Program-made: the position numbers and the translations under genes
From: a virus
Taxonomy: Duplodnaviria > Caudoviricetes
DNA length: 64,000 bases
Strand: one strand, 5' to 3'
IMG/VR virus record: IMGVR_UViG_3300009873_000081
Coordinates: 39,995 to 103,994 of that record
Shown here: positions 8,976 through 17,885 of the stretch, one piece after another
Position numbering within the stretch: position 1 is the first letter of the stretch
Layout of the letters: each line of letters opens with the position of its first letter
The notes under the pieces: model-generated
Seen by the model: the letters and a program-made list of their open reading frames with translations, nothing else
Database searches by the model: none
What the model was told of the DNA's origin: nothing

Positions 8976-9511
8976 AGCAAAATCGTGCGGTTAAAGTGAA
9001 TATAGCGCAGCAGCGGCCTTATACCTTTAAAACACCAATACCAGGGTACTGGGTTTATTCGGGTTTTAGCCTCGACTACAAAATTGGCTTTGTCGATCAA
9101 AGCCATTAACTCGTCTTCAGCAAATTCGTGAAAGTGACGAGGGCCACGTAGAAACCTCGGACGATCAATTGGCGTCGAGATAAACAATCTACCATTATTG
9201 GCAAGCAACTGACAAGCAGATTCCAGACAAACCAAAGGATTCATCGGGTGTTCGATGACCTCAAAGCAAAAAACATAATCAAACTTTCTGTCCAACGAAA
9301 ACTTGTAGTCGAGATCAAAATGGGTATTCTCAATAGAAAATCCTAACAAAGACTCCAACGATTCGGTGAGCTTGGTGCGATCACCCAAATCGAGAGCACT
9401 GCTACCTTCAAATGAAAAATTTTTTAACCATTGCAAAGTCAGCTTCCAGCGTTTTTCTACATCTTGCCTTAAGCCATACTCTTCATCAACACTATGCTTT
9501 AGATCGAGCAT
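8954..9511 (-). CDS. Class I SAM-dependent methyltransferase
   Basis: ALDLG, FDYVFCFEVIEH, GRLFISTP. Confidence 0.85.
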   Translation of the reverse strand: MLDLKHSVDEEYGLRQDVEKRWKLTLQWLKNFSFEGSSALDLGDRTKLTESLESLLGFSIENTHFDLDYKFSLDRKFDYVFCFEVIEHPMNPLVCLESACQLLANNGRLFISTPIDRPRFLRGPRHFHEFAEDELMALIDKANFVVEAKTRINPVPWYWCFKGIRPLLRYIHFNRTILLCLKKKV

Positions 9512-9517
9512 AGAATC

Positions 9518-10504
9518 TCAAAAAACGGTTTTTCGCATCAGACTTATTATATGGCCGCGATAGGCCAAGCTATTTAGGCAAGTTGAAAAGCAGGTTTCGC
9601 ATTTGGTTGCGTTTAGGATCATGCGCCGTGTTCCTAAATTACCTGTTATATCATCGCCAAATTCGTTTTGGCAAACATAAATTTTACCGTCTGCTGCCAT
9701 CACCACAGCCGCACCGTCTAAAAACGAACAGGGGGAAGCTCTTTTGCCAGTACACATTTGCTGTAAATGGTCTTGGTTTAAAGCTTTTGATTTTATATTT
9801 CCTGTTTTGCGTCGGTAAATCTCTTTAAGCTCGGCTTCGGTATCGTTAGCAAGCTGAAAAAGCTCTGCACGATTTCTTAAATCATCACGGTTGTAAGCTG
9901 GTGTTACGTTCCAAACAACGCCCAAATCTTTAGCTAAGGCTTCCAAGCGATTGATCTCGTCCGGTGTTTGAGTAGTAATAACGCTATTGATGGTCGTCTC
10001 AATATCGTATTTCTTGCTTAACTTTACACTTTCCACAGCCTTGTCAAAGGCTTTAGGAATACCACGAATCAGATCGTGACTTTCAATTCCGTCTAAGCTT
10101 ATTGCTACAACAAAGCGAATTCCTCGTAGATCACTGACCAACTTCAAATAATTCTCCAACCGATCCGGATAAAGACCAGATGTGTTCAAGTGTAATGTTT
10201 CAAGACTGAACATACCACAAACCATTGCTGCAAACTGTGGCAGATCGCTATAGAGTAAAGGCTCTCCTCCAGTAATACCTACGTAAGAAACGTCTCTCAG
10301 CAAGCGATCAGACAGATGTTTGTGCCACTCTCTTAGGTCAAGATCGGTAGACTTATTTTGCCAAATATTGCACATTTGGCACCTTAAGCTACAACGATCA
10401 ACCAAGTTTATCGTCAAAGCCAAAGGCTTTTTGCTTAATTTAGCGTACTGATAGCGAAGAATAGGCAGCATATCAAAATCCCAATCTATCGGCTTCCAGG
10501 TCAA
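9518..10504 (-). CDS. Radical SAM enzyme with C-terminal SPASM/twitch-like cysteines
   Basis: CSLRCQMC (CxxxCxxC), ITGGEPLL, ISLDG, C...DGKIYVC...CETC...C. Confidence 0.9.
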   Translation of the reverse strand: MTWKPIDWDFDMLPILRYQYAKLSKKPLALTINLVDRCSLRCQMCNIWQNKSTDLDLREWHKHLSDRLLRDVSYVGITGGEPLLYSDLPQFAAMVCGMFSLETLHLNTSGLYPDRLENYLKLVSDLRGIRFVVAISLDGIESHDLIRGIPKAFDKAVESVKLSKKYDIETTINSVITTQTPDEINRLEALAKDLGVVWNVTPAYNRDDLRNRAELFQLANDTEAELKEIYRRKTGNIKSKALNQDHLQQMCTGKRASPCSFLDGAAVVMAADGKIYVCQNEFGDDITGNLGTRRMILNATKCETCFSTCLNSLAYRGHIISLMRKTVF

Positions 10505-12391
10505 ATTCCTTCAAGCGTTTCTCTAACTGACTATGGCTAAAGCTCGTAGCGTCGAGGTCTTTGCCAAATTCGAGCAAATGAACAATCTCGTGTAACAGGC
10601 CATCGTCAGCAAGAAGATCACAGGCATCAATCAATTTAGCGTTGATCAAAGCGTTGCCAAGAAAACACAATGTATGAATGCACTCCACATATTTCTTTTG
10701 CCTAAAGAGCTTGGCAGTAATATTGATCCGGTCTCGTGCTACTGGCCGACTGCCTAAACTAATGATCTTCTCTTGAGTTCGTCGTTTGGCTAAAAGCCGT
10801 TTGGCAGTGTCTTTGTCTTTGGCAATGACGTAGCCGCCGAATTGGTTTCTGCCGACTGGATAGGATGTAAGAAAGTAAAGCATAGGCTACCAACTGTAAA
10901 TTAAGGCCTGTGTCCGACCTGGCTCACCAAAGATTCAACATCGTCGTAATTTAGCACTGGCAGTCCGAGCGCCTTCAAGTAAAGCTTTATATCTTCTTGC
11001 AGTTCTTTCACCGTCTCTCCGCTTGGACAGACTGGATCGACAGTAATGGCTCTTACTGAGCCGTCTTTGTTGTAGTAAGCTTCGTGAATGCCAAAATTCA
11101 CAAACTTAATAACAGCTAAACTCTTACGAGAATCAACTTGTTCATGCTTGACAACTCGATAGTTCCAACTCATATCAGCACCTGTAGATTAGCCAAGCTA
11201 TACAAACTAACAAACTGGCATAAGGCCAAATCTTAAGCTTAGCCAAGCCAAGCTGATGCAATTTTTGAATCCGATAGTCGTAAAGATTGAGCAACCCGCC
11301 CAGACAAATAAGCGCTAAAGGAAAAACAACCAACCAAGCCAAAATTGTTATGAACTTTTGCATCTGTTTATTCTCCGAGAAATTCTTGCCATCTTGTTGC
11401 GTTTTCGAGTTTTAGTCAAATAAGACACATTTCGTCTCGATCTGCCGTAGCCTTTTTTCGTTGCTTTTCTCATTGTTCGCTCTTGCTAGCTATCTTCGCT
11501 GTGTCACCCGAATAGGTAATGTCCCAACGCCTGAACAGATAAGGTGTTGGCCATACAGGTACAGGCATAGGAACAGGATACGGCTGCGGTATGATCGGAC
11601 TTGGGTTTTTTGCTCTCCACTCCTCAAGCAACTGCTTAACAGCAGTCAGATCAGACTTTGCGTTAATGCCTAAAGCAGCACCCAAGATTTGGTACAGTTC
11701 TTTGGCTTCTTCAAGATCGAGAGTAAACTCTTGATCTTTGATTTTCAGAATAACTACAGGTTTAGCTTCCATAAGATTATAACCCAGTTAAAATAGTAGT
11801 TCTGTTGAACCGACAGTAAAAGCAATGGCATCCTGTCTGAATTGTTTGCACATTCCTTTCGTTCATACTTTTACTCTGATAAAACGGTTTTCAGGTGGTT
11901 CGGTTCTTCTTAGCCGCATGCTACAACTATAGCAATAAGCTTCGTCCTCTGTAAGCATACCAAGATCATCTTCATCGCAACGAGGGCAGTTAGGCATTTT
12001 ACCAGCTTGGGATCAAGAGTTACTTAGACCCAAGCTGGTAAAATGATGTCGTAAGTTGGTTTCATACATCTTCGTTAAAAAGTTGACACGGACAATCACC
12101 AATCTGCTCGTTGATAAAAACCAAACAACCATTTTCAGTGTGGCTAAACCTCTTGTGACCACAAACACAAACTTCATCATCATGTCGATTATCCATTTGC
12201 TTTACGGCTTCAAGAGCTTCTTCAACGTTATAGCCTAACCAGTCTTCATTTCTTTGATCCGACGAGTACAACCAACCGCCACTTGGCCCACACATTTCCA
12301 GAGCTACACCTAAAGGCTCGTACCAAGCTTTAACGTTAGTATACCCTTTAGTTTCAAGAGCTTTCTTGATTTTCTCCGATCTGTATGACAT
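10473..12391 (-). other. Run of small hypothetical CDSs (10473-10883, 10901-11173, 11175-11363, 11470-11772, 12062-12391)
   Basis: Tightly packed co-oriented ORFs; no recognisable motifs. Confidence 0.55.
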
Positions 12392-12419
12392 GGTTGCTAT
12401 GGTTCAAGCTTTCCTTCAA

Positions 12420-12560
12420 CTCGTTACCTTTTAGCTGCCGGTGTATCGGCACCTGAAGTCTACACTTCAGTTCTTGCTTCTACGAGGGTTCTTACCGACA
12501 CTCACTCTCTGCAAGCGTTTAGGCTTTCGCCAAGTTCCGGTGTAACTCACCGTACTTCTT
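12420..12560 (-). ncRNA. Putative omega-RNA/right-end region of the second tnpB
   Basis: ACGCTTGCAGAGAG...GAAGCAAGAA overlapping the stop codon, followed by two hairpins, as is usual at tnpB 3' ends. Confidence 0.55.
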
Positions 12561-13622
12561 TAAGTTTAGAGCGGCATTCAAATCACGATCAATGGATAAA
12601 CCGCAATCGCAGGTGTAATTTCTATCCGAAAGAGTTAAATCTTCTTTAATTGAACCGCATTTTGAGCAAAGCTTACTTGATGGAAAAAATCTATCAGCCA
12701 CAATAACCTGCTTATTACGCCATTTGGCTTTGTATTCGACCTGCCGACGAATCTCACCAAATCCTATATCGTGAATAGCTCGCGCAAGTTTTTCATTTTT
12801 CAACATTCCTCGGACATTCAAGTTCTCAAGTACAATTGTGGAAAAATTACCTGTTATATAGTCTGATAGCCTGTGTGCAAAATCTCTTCGAGTGTTAGCT
12901 ATTCGCCAGTGCAAAACAGATAAACGTCCTGCTGATTTTATCTGGTTGTTACTACCTTTGGTTTTCTTAGAGTGTTGCCGTTGACGCTTTCTAAGTAATC
13001 GCAACTTCTTACCCAAAGGTCTAGGATTATCAAAAAATTTTCCACTTGATAATACAGCAGCATGCCTTAAGCCAAGATCAACACCAATAACTGCTTGGTT
13101 CTCACAAATTGTTGGTTTGATCTCGGTTTCAAGACATATTGCTACAAACCATCGTCTGCCTTCATAACTTACTGTAGTTGAAAGCAGTCTTCCGCTCCGT
13201 CGCATTGGTTTTGCCATTTTTACGAAACCAATTTTTGACAATCTAATCTTGGTGTCTTTAATATAGAAAGTTCCAGGGCCGTTATCAATTCTTGCTGATT
13301 GTTTTCCTGTTTTCTTTTTAAATCGAGGGTATTTGCCCAATCCCTTAAAAAACCTATCAAAGGCAACACCCAAATTTAAGATTGCCTCTTGCACAACACG
13401 TTTTGGTGATTCATACATCCACGGAAAGTACTCACCTTTGATCTCGTTAAGACCTTTGTTAAGCATTTTGACATTTGGCTTTTGACCGTCTCTACGAAGT
13501 GTTTGCCACATTTCTAAAGCCCAATTATAAGCAAAACGAGATGCTCCAACAGCTTGTTTAAGCTTTTCTTCTTGAAAGACGGTTGGATAAATACGAATCT
13601 TCTCTGCTGCATGAGTTTTCAT
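12519..13622 (-). CDS. tnpB: RNA-guided endonuclease TnpB (OrfB type with HTH and zinc ribbon)
   Basis: KIRIYPT...RFAYNWAL, GVDLG, IVLENLNV, PSSKLCSKCG...CDCG..IDRDLNAA. Confidence 0.95.
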   Translation of the reverse strand: MKTHAAEKIRIYPTVFQEEKLKQAVGASRFAYNWALEMWQTLRRDGQKPNVKMLNKGLNEIKGEYFPWMYESPKRVVQEAILNLGVAFDRFFKGLGKYPRFKKKTGKQSARIDNGPGTFYIKDTKIRLSKIGFVKMAKPMRRSGRLLSTTVSYEGRRWFVAICLETEIKPTICENQAVIGVDLGLRHAAVLSSGKFFDNPRPLGKKLRLLRKRQRQHSKKTKGSNNQIKSAGRLSVLHWRIANTRRDFAHRLSDYITGNFSTIVLENLNVRGMLKNEKLARAIHDIGFGEIRRQVEYKAKWRNKQVIVADRFFPSSKLCSKCGSIKEDLTLSDRNYTCDCGLSIDRDLNAALNLKKYGELHRNLAKA

Positions 13623-13987
13623 TGGATTTGCCTTCCTTCAACTCCACGTTCGATTCTGGCTTTAGTACGTTTGTTAAGCCATTCTAACGCCTTTTCCAAG
13701 TGATAATTAGCATAGCCATTTTCTGGACATTTAAATTGACCACTTTGGAAACCATTCAACCGATCAATCACGATTGCAATCAAATTTTCGTTTGTGCAAC
13801 CGTTGACTCCTGCCTCTTGAATTGCACCGTTTTGGAAACTAATCGAGGCAAAAGGCTTATGTCCTTCGCAAGGCACACGATCTTCAGTTGGATAGACTCG
13901 ATACTCATGACAAGCGCCACCTATTCCAGGTAGCCCTAAGCACAGGACTTGTGTACGACCAGGTTCACCGATTTCGACTTTTCTCAT
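13619..13987 (-). CDS. Tad1/Acb2-family nucleotide-signal sponge (anti-Thoeris/CBASS)
   Basis: GGACHEY...FQNG..EAGVNG..NENLIAIVIDRL..FQSGQFKCPEN..A..HLEKALEWLNKRT..R..RGVEG. Confidence 0.8.
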   Translation of the reverse strand: MRKVEIGEPGRTQVLCLGLPGIGGACHEYRVYPTEDRVPCEGHKPFASISFQNGAIQEAGVNGCTNENLIAIVIDRLNGFQSGQFKCPENGYANYHLEKALEWLNKRTKARIERGVEGRQIQ

Positions 13988-13999
13988 AAAGGTTCCTTT

Positions 14000-14533
14000 C
14001 TAAAAAGCGCTCTTTGAACATTGTTCGTTTAAAACAGGCAAGCGCCCTTCTGATTTCAAAGCATTAAGTATATGCCACACACTGGTTCTTGGTACTCTAT
14101 TTCCAAGTTCTTCGGTAATCTTTTCTATATAGCATGTTGACGGATTCGATCTCTTTTGAATCGCTTTTTCATAGGCTAAAAGAACAACAGTCTCTCTTTC
14201 CGTATTCAGCGGCACAGATGAAACAAGTGTTTTCAACTTAACTTTTGGTTGCTTCGGATTTGAGTACCGATGGCCCCCATGAGCTTTTAAAATATCAAAA
14301 GCCTGTCGTTCACTAAAATCAAACCATTCTCCTCTTACACATTTGCTATCCCAAATATCCTGGATTTCTTTCTCTTTCTCCACAGGATCGTCACATTCTA
14401 TAGCCCCAAATACTCTTAGTTCCCTCGGATTGCCAACTTGCAATTGTTGCAGCCTCAATTCAGCACTATCCGTTGTAGAACCTATCTTGAAAAAACTGTT
14501 CCGCTCATCCTGAATAAAATAAACAAATCCCAT
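14000..14533 (-). CDS. GIY-YIG nuclease (MUG113/T5orf172-like) with C-terminal HTH-like region
   Basis: VYFIQ...KIGST...RLQQLQVGNP...RGEWF. Confidence 0.85.
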   Translation of the reverse strand: MGFVYFIQDERNSFFKIGSTTDSAELRLQQLQVGNPRELRVFGAIECDDPVEKEKEIQDIWDSKCVRGEWFDFSERQAFDILKAHGGHRYSNPKQPKVKLKTLVSSVPLNTERETVVLLAYEKAIQKRSNPSTCYIEKITEELGNRVPRTSVWHILNALKSEGRLPVLNEQCSKSAF

Positions 14534-14582
14534 TTGTGTGTCCTATAAGATAGACATAGTAAAGACAACAACTTAGTTAAGC

Positions 14583-14668
14583 TGTCCGAAACTTTCGGAC
14601 AGAAGGTGTCCGAACTGTCCGAGAAAGTGTCTTAAGACTGTCCGATAGGGGTGTCCGAGCCTGTCCGA
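14583..14668. repeat. Cluster of TGTCCGA heptamers
   Basis: Direct copies at 14583, 14607, 14616, 14639, 14652, 14662; inverted copy at 14595. Confidence 0.8.
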
Positions 14669-15726
14669 TGCAAAAGAGACACAGAACCCTTAGAAGGGGA
14701 GACCAAGTCTTGAATTTCTCTTAGTTGTGCCTCCACCTGCCACTTTTTGACTCCAAACTTATCAGCGATCTCTCGAATAGAGATTTTCAAACTGCCTTTT
14801 GCTTTCATCTGACAGGCTTCTACCCAAGTCTCAGGCTCTGATATTACCTTAGCCTCGATCACTCTTGGCTGTGCAGCTTCTTGCACAGTTGGTTTAATCG
14901 GCACAGAGAAGCCGGCTTTAGCAGCAGCAAAGGTTTTTCTGTAGGTCAGGCTCTCCTCTTCAGTATAACCGTGTACCTCGCCTTTTAGCTTCGGGGCCTC
15001 AATATCCGGTTTATCTGCTACCTGCACTTGGGGCTTGAGCTTTTCCGGCTTTGTCACTTCTTCTACTTTCCAAAGTATTGTTCCCCAGTGATAGCCAAGC
15101 GGTGTGCAAGCAAAGAACATGAACGAGAGCATGAAAGCCTGTAACTCATTATCAAACTGCAACATTGCTCCATGATAGATCATAGTACAGGCTGTTAGTT
15201 GCGCAATATAAGCACAAGAGAGCAGTACATTTTTCCACTCGGTATGCACCAAAGTAGCGAAGAATGCCAGCATGATCGCCATAAGCGAAGCCGAAACTCC
15301 GAATTGAATGCCAGACAGTCTGCCAAAGAATGTATCAGCATCTTTTCGTCTCTGTGTAAACTCCGCTTTAACTAAAGCTTGATGCCGCTCAACCAAAGCA
15401 TAGTAAGGTTCCCAAACCCGGTCGATCTCTTTATCAGCCGCAGCAATTAGTTCTGAGTAAGGATTGAACAGGTCTTTAGCTCGCATCGCTCTTTGATTGA
15501 GTGTATCATAAACGGCCTTCGAGCGCTCAAAACTCAAGGCTCGGATTTCAGCCTTGCTTTTTTCTGCCTTCACGTCATTCTTTATTTGGATTGAGTCTAA
15601 TTTGGCTCTTTCTTCTTTAGCTAAATTGACTAAAACCCGCTCACCGTTAATGAACACTTGAAAAGAAAGCTCACCGGCGAAAAGCACAGTAAAACAAATT
15701 CCTATAAATATTCTTCTGAGAACCAT
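14632..15726 (-). CDS. Multi-pass membrane protein with coiled coil and C-terminal HTH
   Basis: About four hydrophobic segments; SIREIADKFGVKKWQV. Confidence 0.65.
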   Translation of the reverse strand: MVLRRIFIGICFTVLFAGELSFQVFINGERVLVNLAKEERAKLDSIQIKNDVKAEKSKAEIRALSFERSKAVYDTLNQRAMRAKDLFNPYSELIAAADKEIDRVWEPYYALVERHQALVKAEFTQRRKDADTFFGRLSGIQFGVSASLMAIMLAFFATLVHTEWKNVLLSCAYIAQLTACTMIYHGAMLQFDNELQAFMLSFMFFACTPLGYHWGTILWKVEEVTKPEKLKPQVQVADKPDIEAPKLKGEVHGYTEEESLTYRKTFAAAKAGFSVPIKPTVQEAAQPRVIEAKVISEPETWVEACQMKAKGSLKISIREIADKFGVKKWQVEAQLREIQDLVSPSKGSVSLLHRTGSDTPIGQS

Positions 15727-16307
15727 AGTTGCCGTAACTCATGTTGCTCCTAACCCACCGCACACCGTCCTATCCAACCCGTTTATTTAAAAAAGTCCGG
15801 ACAGCCTGTTTTGCTGTTAGATACGCACCTTTGGAGGAGCGGCTGCCCGGACTGCTTTCATATCAAGAGCGCTCACATCTCCATCTGGGAGAGCCTCGTG
15901 AGCGCTCAATCTTGATGCACTACTTCAACACAGGATTTGAAGCTTGGCATCGAATAAGGCGCCAGCGATTGTTACTTAAGGGTTACTGGGGAGACCAGAT
16001 TTAAGTAACAATCTGCACTGCTAGCCCAGTGCTTTAACTGGCATAATGCTGGTCTCGATTATTTTTAAAGTAAAGCTCCAAGCAAGCTTGCGTGTAACAT
16101 TTGCTTCGGGATGAGCTATAGTTAATTTGCCTGCCTGGAGCCGTTTTCTATTCATACCGATCAAACAAATATTCAAGCACGTCAGCCCAAGTCGCATCAG
16201 GATCGTCTTTCTTTTTCTCTTCAAGTAGAGCTTGCATCAAGTCCAATAGTTCGGACTCTGAAATCGTCATGATTTTGCCTTTGCGATCCCAAGAGAAAAA
16301 TTTGCCG

Positions 16308-16583
16308 TTATGTTTTATTTTCACTTTGCTCGTTTTCGATTGCAAAATACAGATTAAATGCCGAGTGCATAACATCAACACATTCTTGTTTGGCTAATTC
16401 CAATCTAAAGCGTGTATGTGCACTAACAACTTCACCAAGCTCCTCAATACACGATTTAACATGCCGAAATACGGCACCAGTATTAGTCGTCGTCTCAAAC
16501 CCGTCGTAAAGCTTGGCTTTGTCTATGATTCTTTTTCTAACAACAGCAAGTAAATTATCAATCTTCTCTTCTGGCGTCATCAC
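16308..16583 (-). CDS. MazG-like NTP pyrophosphohydrolase
   Basis: EELGEV...ECVDV acidic pattern. Confidence 0.6.
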   Translation of the reverse strand: MMTPEEKIDNLLAVVRKRIIDKAKLYDGFETTTNTGAVFRHVKSCIEELGEVVSAHTRFRLELAKQECVDVMHSAFNLYFAIENEQSENKT

Positions 16584-16628
16584 TATGGCCCTCCACCATT
16601 GGAGCCGCCGCCTGAATTTGTTTGCACG

Positions 16629-16748
16629 TTATTCTCCTGATTTCCAGATGTTTTTGTATTTCAAATAGCTCGATTCTTCTTCGCTATCGTCGTCAGCATC
16701 GTCGTCATCAACAGTATCCGACGATTCAATCAAAGTTTCATTTTCCAC
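16629..16748 (-). CDS. Tiny very acidic protein (39 aa)
   Basis: Not in the track. AAGGAG then GTG gives MENETLIESSDTVDDDDADDDSEEESSYLKYKNIWKSGE. Confidence 0.45.
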   Translation of the reverse strand: MENETLIESSDTVDDDDADDDSEEESSYLKYKNIWKSGE

Positions 16749-16935
16749 AGATCAACTCCTTTTTGTTGCGTCTGAACCAAACCCGCGCTGGATTCTTATT
16801 GGTTCCCTGCCAATAAATTTTATTATCAGCTCCACACGTGCCAATAAAACCAACTCGATTTTCAAACCAACTGCGCCACACAAACAATGCTGCTGGCAAA
16901 AGAATAGTGTATTGGGTCATAATCCAGTCTCATCT

Positions 16936-17130
16936 CTATAGTTCAACTCCTTGTGCCCTTAAAACATCTTCAAGCTTTTTAACTCGCTCAGTAAGAGACG
17001 GTTCTTTGATTCCAACAACTTCTATCAGCAAACAATTCACATATTCACTCAAATTACCGTTACTGAGTTTCTTGAGTTTGGCAACTAAAGGCTTATCCAA
17101 GCTCATAGCGATTACTTCTTTACGGGTCAT
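16936..17130 (-). CDS. Ribbon-helix-helix-like regulator
   Basis: EVIAMSLDKPLVAKLKKL...NLSEYVNCLL; first gene after the leftward promoter. Confidence 0.55.
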   Translation of the reverse strand: MTRKEVIAMSLDKPLVAKLKKLSNGNLSEYVNCLLIEVVGIKEPSLTERVKKLEDVLRAQGVEL

Positions 17131-17200
17131 CTAACATTACATTCGTTATTAAAAAATTTCGTTATTAAAAAATACAATATCAAACAAAACTCACGCTTAT

Positions 17201-17326
17201 AATATATTATAAGAAAACTATAAAGTCAAGCTTTTTCTTTTGCCTCTTTCGGCCTTATAGCACCCGTTAGATGTTTTTTAGAGAAAGAAAAAATCACTTG
17301 ACTTTTGGATTAAATTTGCTTAGATT
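17201..17326. promoter_or_regulatory. Divergent sigma70-type promoters separating the two arms
   Basis: Minus strand: TTGACT(17229)-17-TATATT. Plus strand: TTGACT(17298)-17-TAGATT. Confidence 0.8.
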
Positions 17327-17331
17327 GATTT

Positions 17332-17456
17332 TGTGCAGGCATAGCTCTCAACAAAAGTCCTTTCCTTCTTAGGAAAGATTCCATTAGCACAATAACAGCC
17401 CCGCGAGTTTTGTTGAGACCCTGCACAAGTTTCTGACTCGCGGGGTTTTTATTTTT
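17332..17456 (+). promoter_or_regulatory. Attenuator-like leader
   Basis: CCCCGCGAGT/ACTCGCGGGG-polyT terminator whose loop is complementary to the 5' leader (TGTGCAGG...TCTCAACAAAA). Confidence 0.65.
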
Positions 17457-17659
17457 GGCCGGTTAGAGAGAAGGAATATCGGCGTCAAACGGCGGCGCGT
17501 TACAGCCTGAGAATTTGCGGATGAACCGAAAGGACAAATGAAAGTCCGAGGCCTGTGGAATTCAGGCCAGTCTAAAAATGGATTGTAGGGAATCGCGTTT
17601 ATATCAGGCTTAACCAAGTTAAAAAACTTGGAACACGGGTTCGAGTCCTGTACCGGCCA
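17457..17659 (+). ncRNA. tRNA-like RNA with an enlarged central domain
   Basis: Acceptor stem GGCCGGT/ACCGGCC-A, T arm ACGGG-TTCGAGT-CCTGT, long variable-arm-like hairpin, about 120-nt insert. Confidence 0.6.
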
Positions 17660-17684
17660 CAAATCAGGCAGCGATGACCGAAAT

Positions 17685-17885
17685 ATGCAAAGACTCTCTT
17701 ACGACATCATCGGCAAAATGGCTGAGACCGAGTTGCCCAAACTTCTCTACCAAAACTACATTCTGCGCAAAGGCAACACACCTAATATTCAGTCTTTTGC
17801 CGACTACGTGCTGCGTTGTTGGGATAAGCATTATAATTTGACCATTAAGCCTGACGGCAAAGAATCCTTTGGCCATTTACGCTAA
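17685..17885 (+). CDS. Hypothetical protein
   Basis: ATG start inside track ORF 17628-17885, downstream of the tRNA-like RNA. Confidence 0.45.
   Translation: MQRLSYDIIGKMAETELPKLLYQNYILRKGNTPNIQSFADYVLRCWDKHYNLTIKPDGKESFGHLR

Noticed and set aside
17457-17659. Canonical tmRNA
   Set aside because: Too short, no G3-U70 alanine identity pair, and no convincing tag reading frame.
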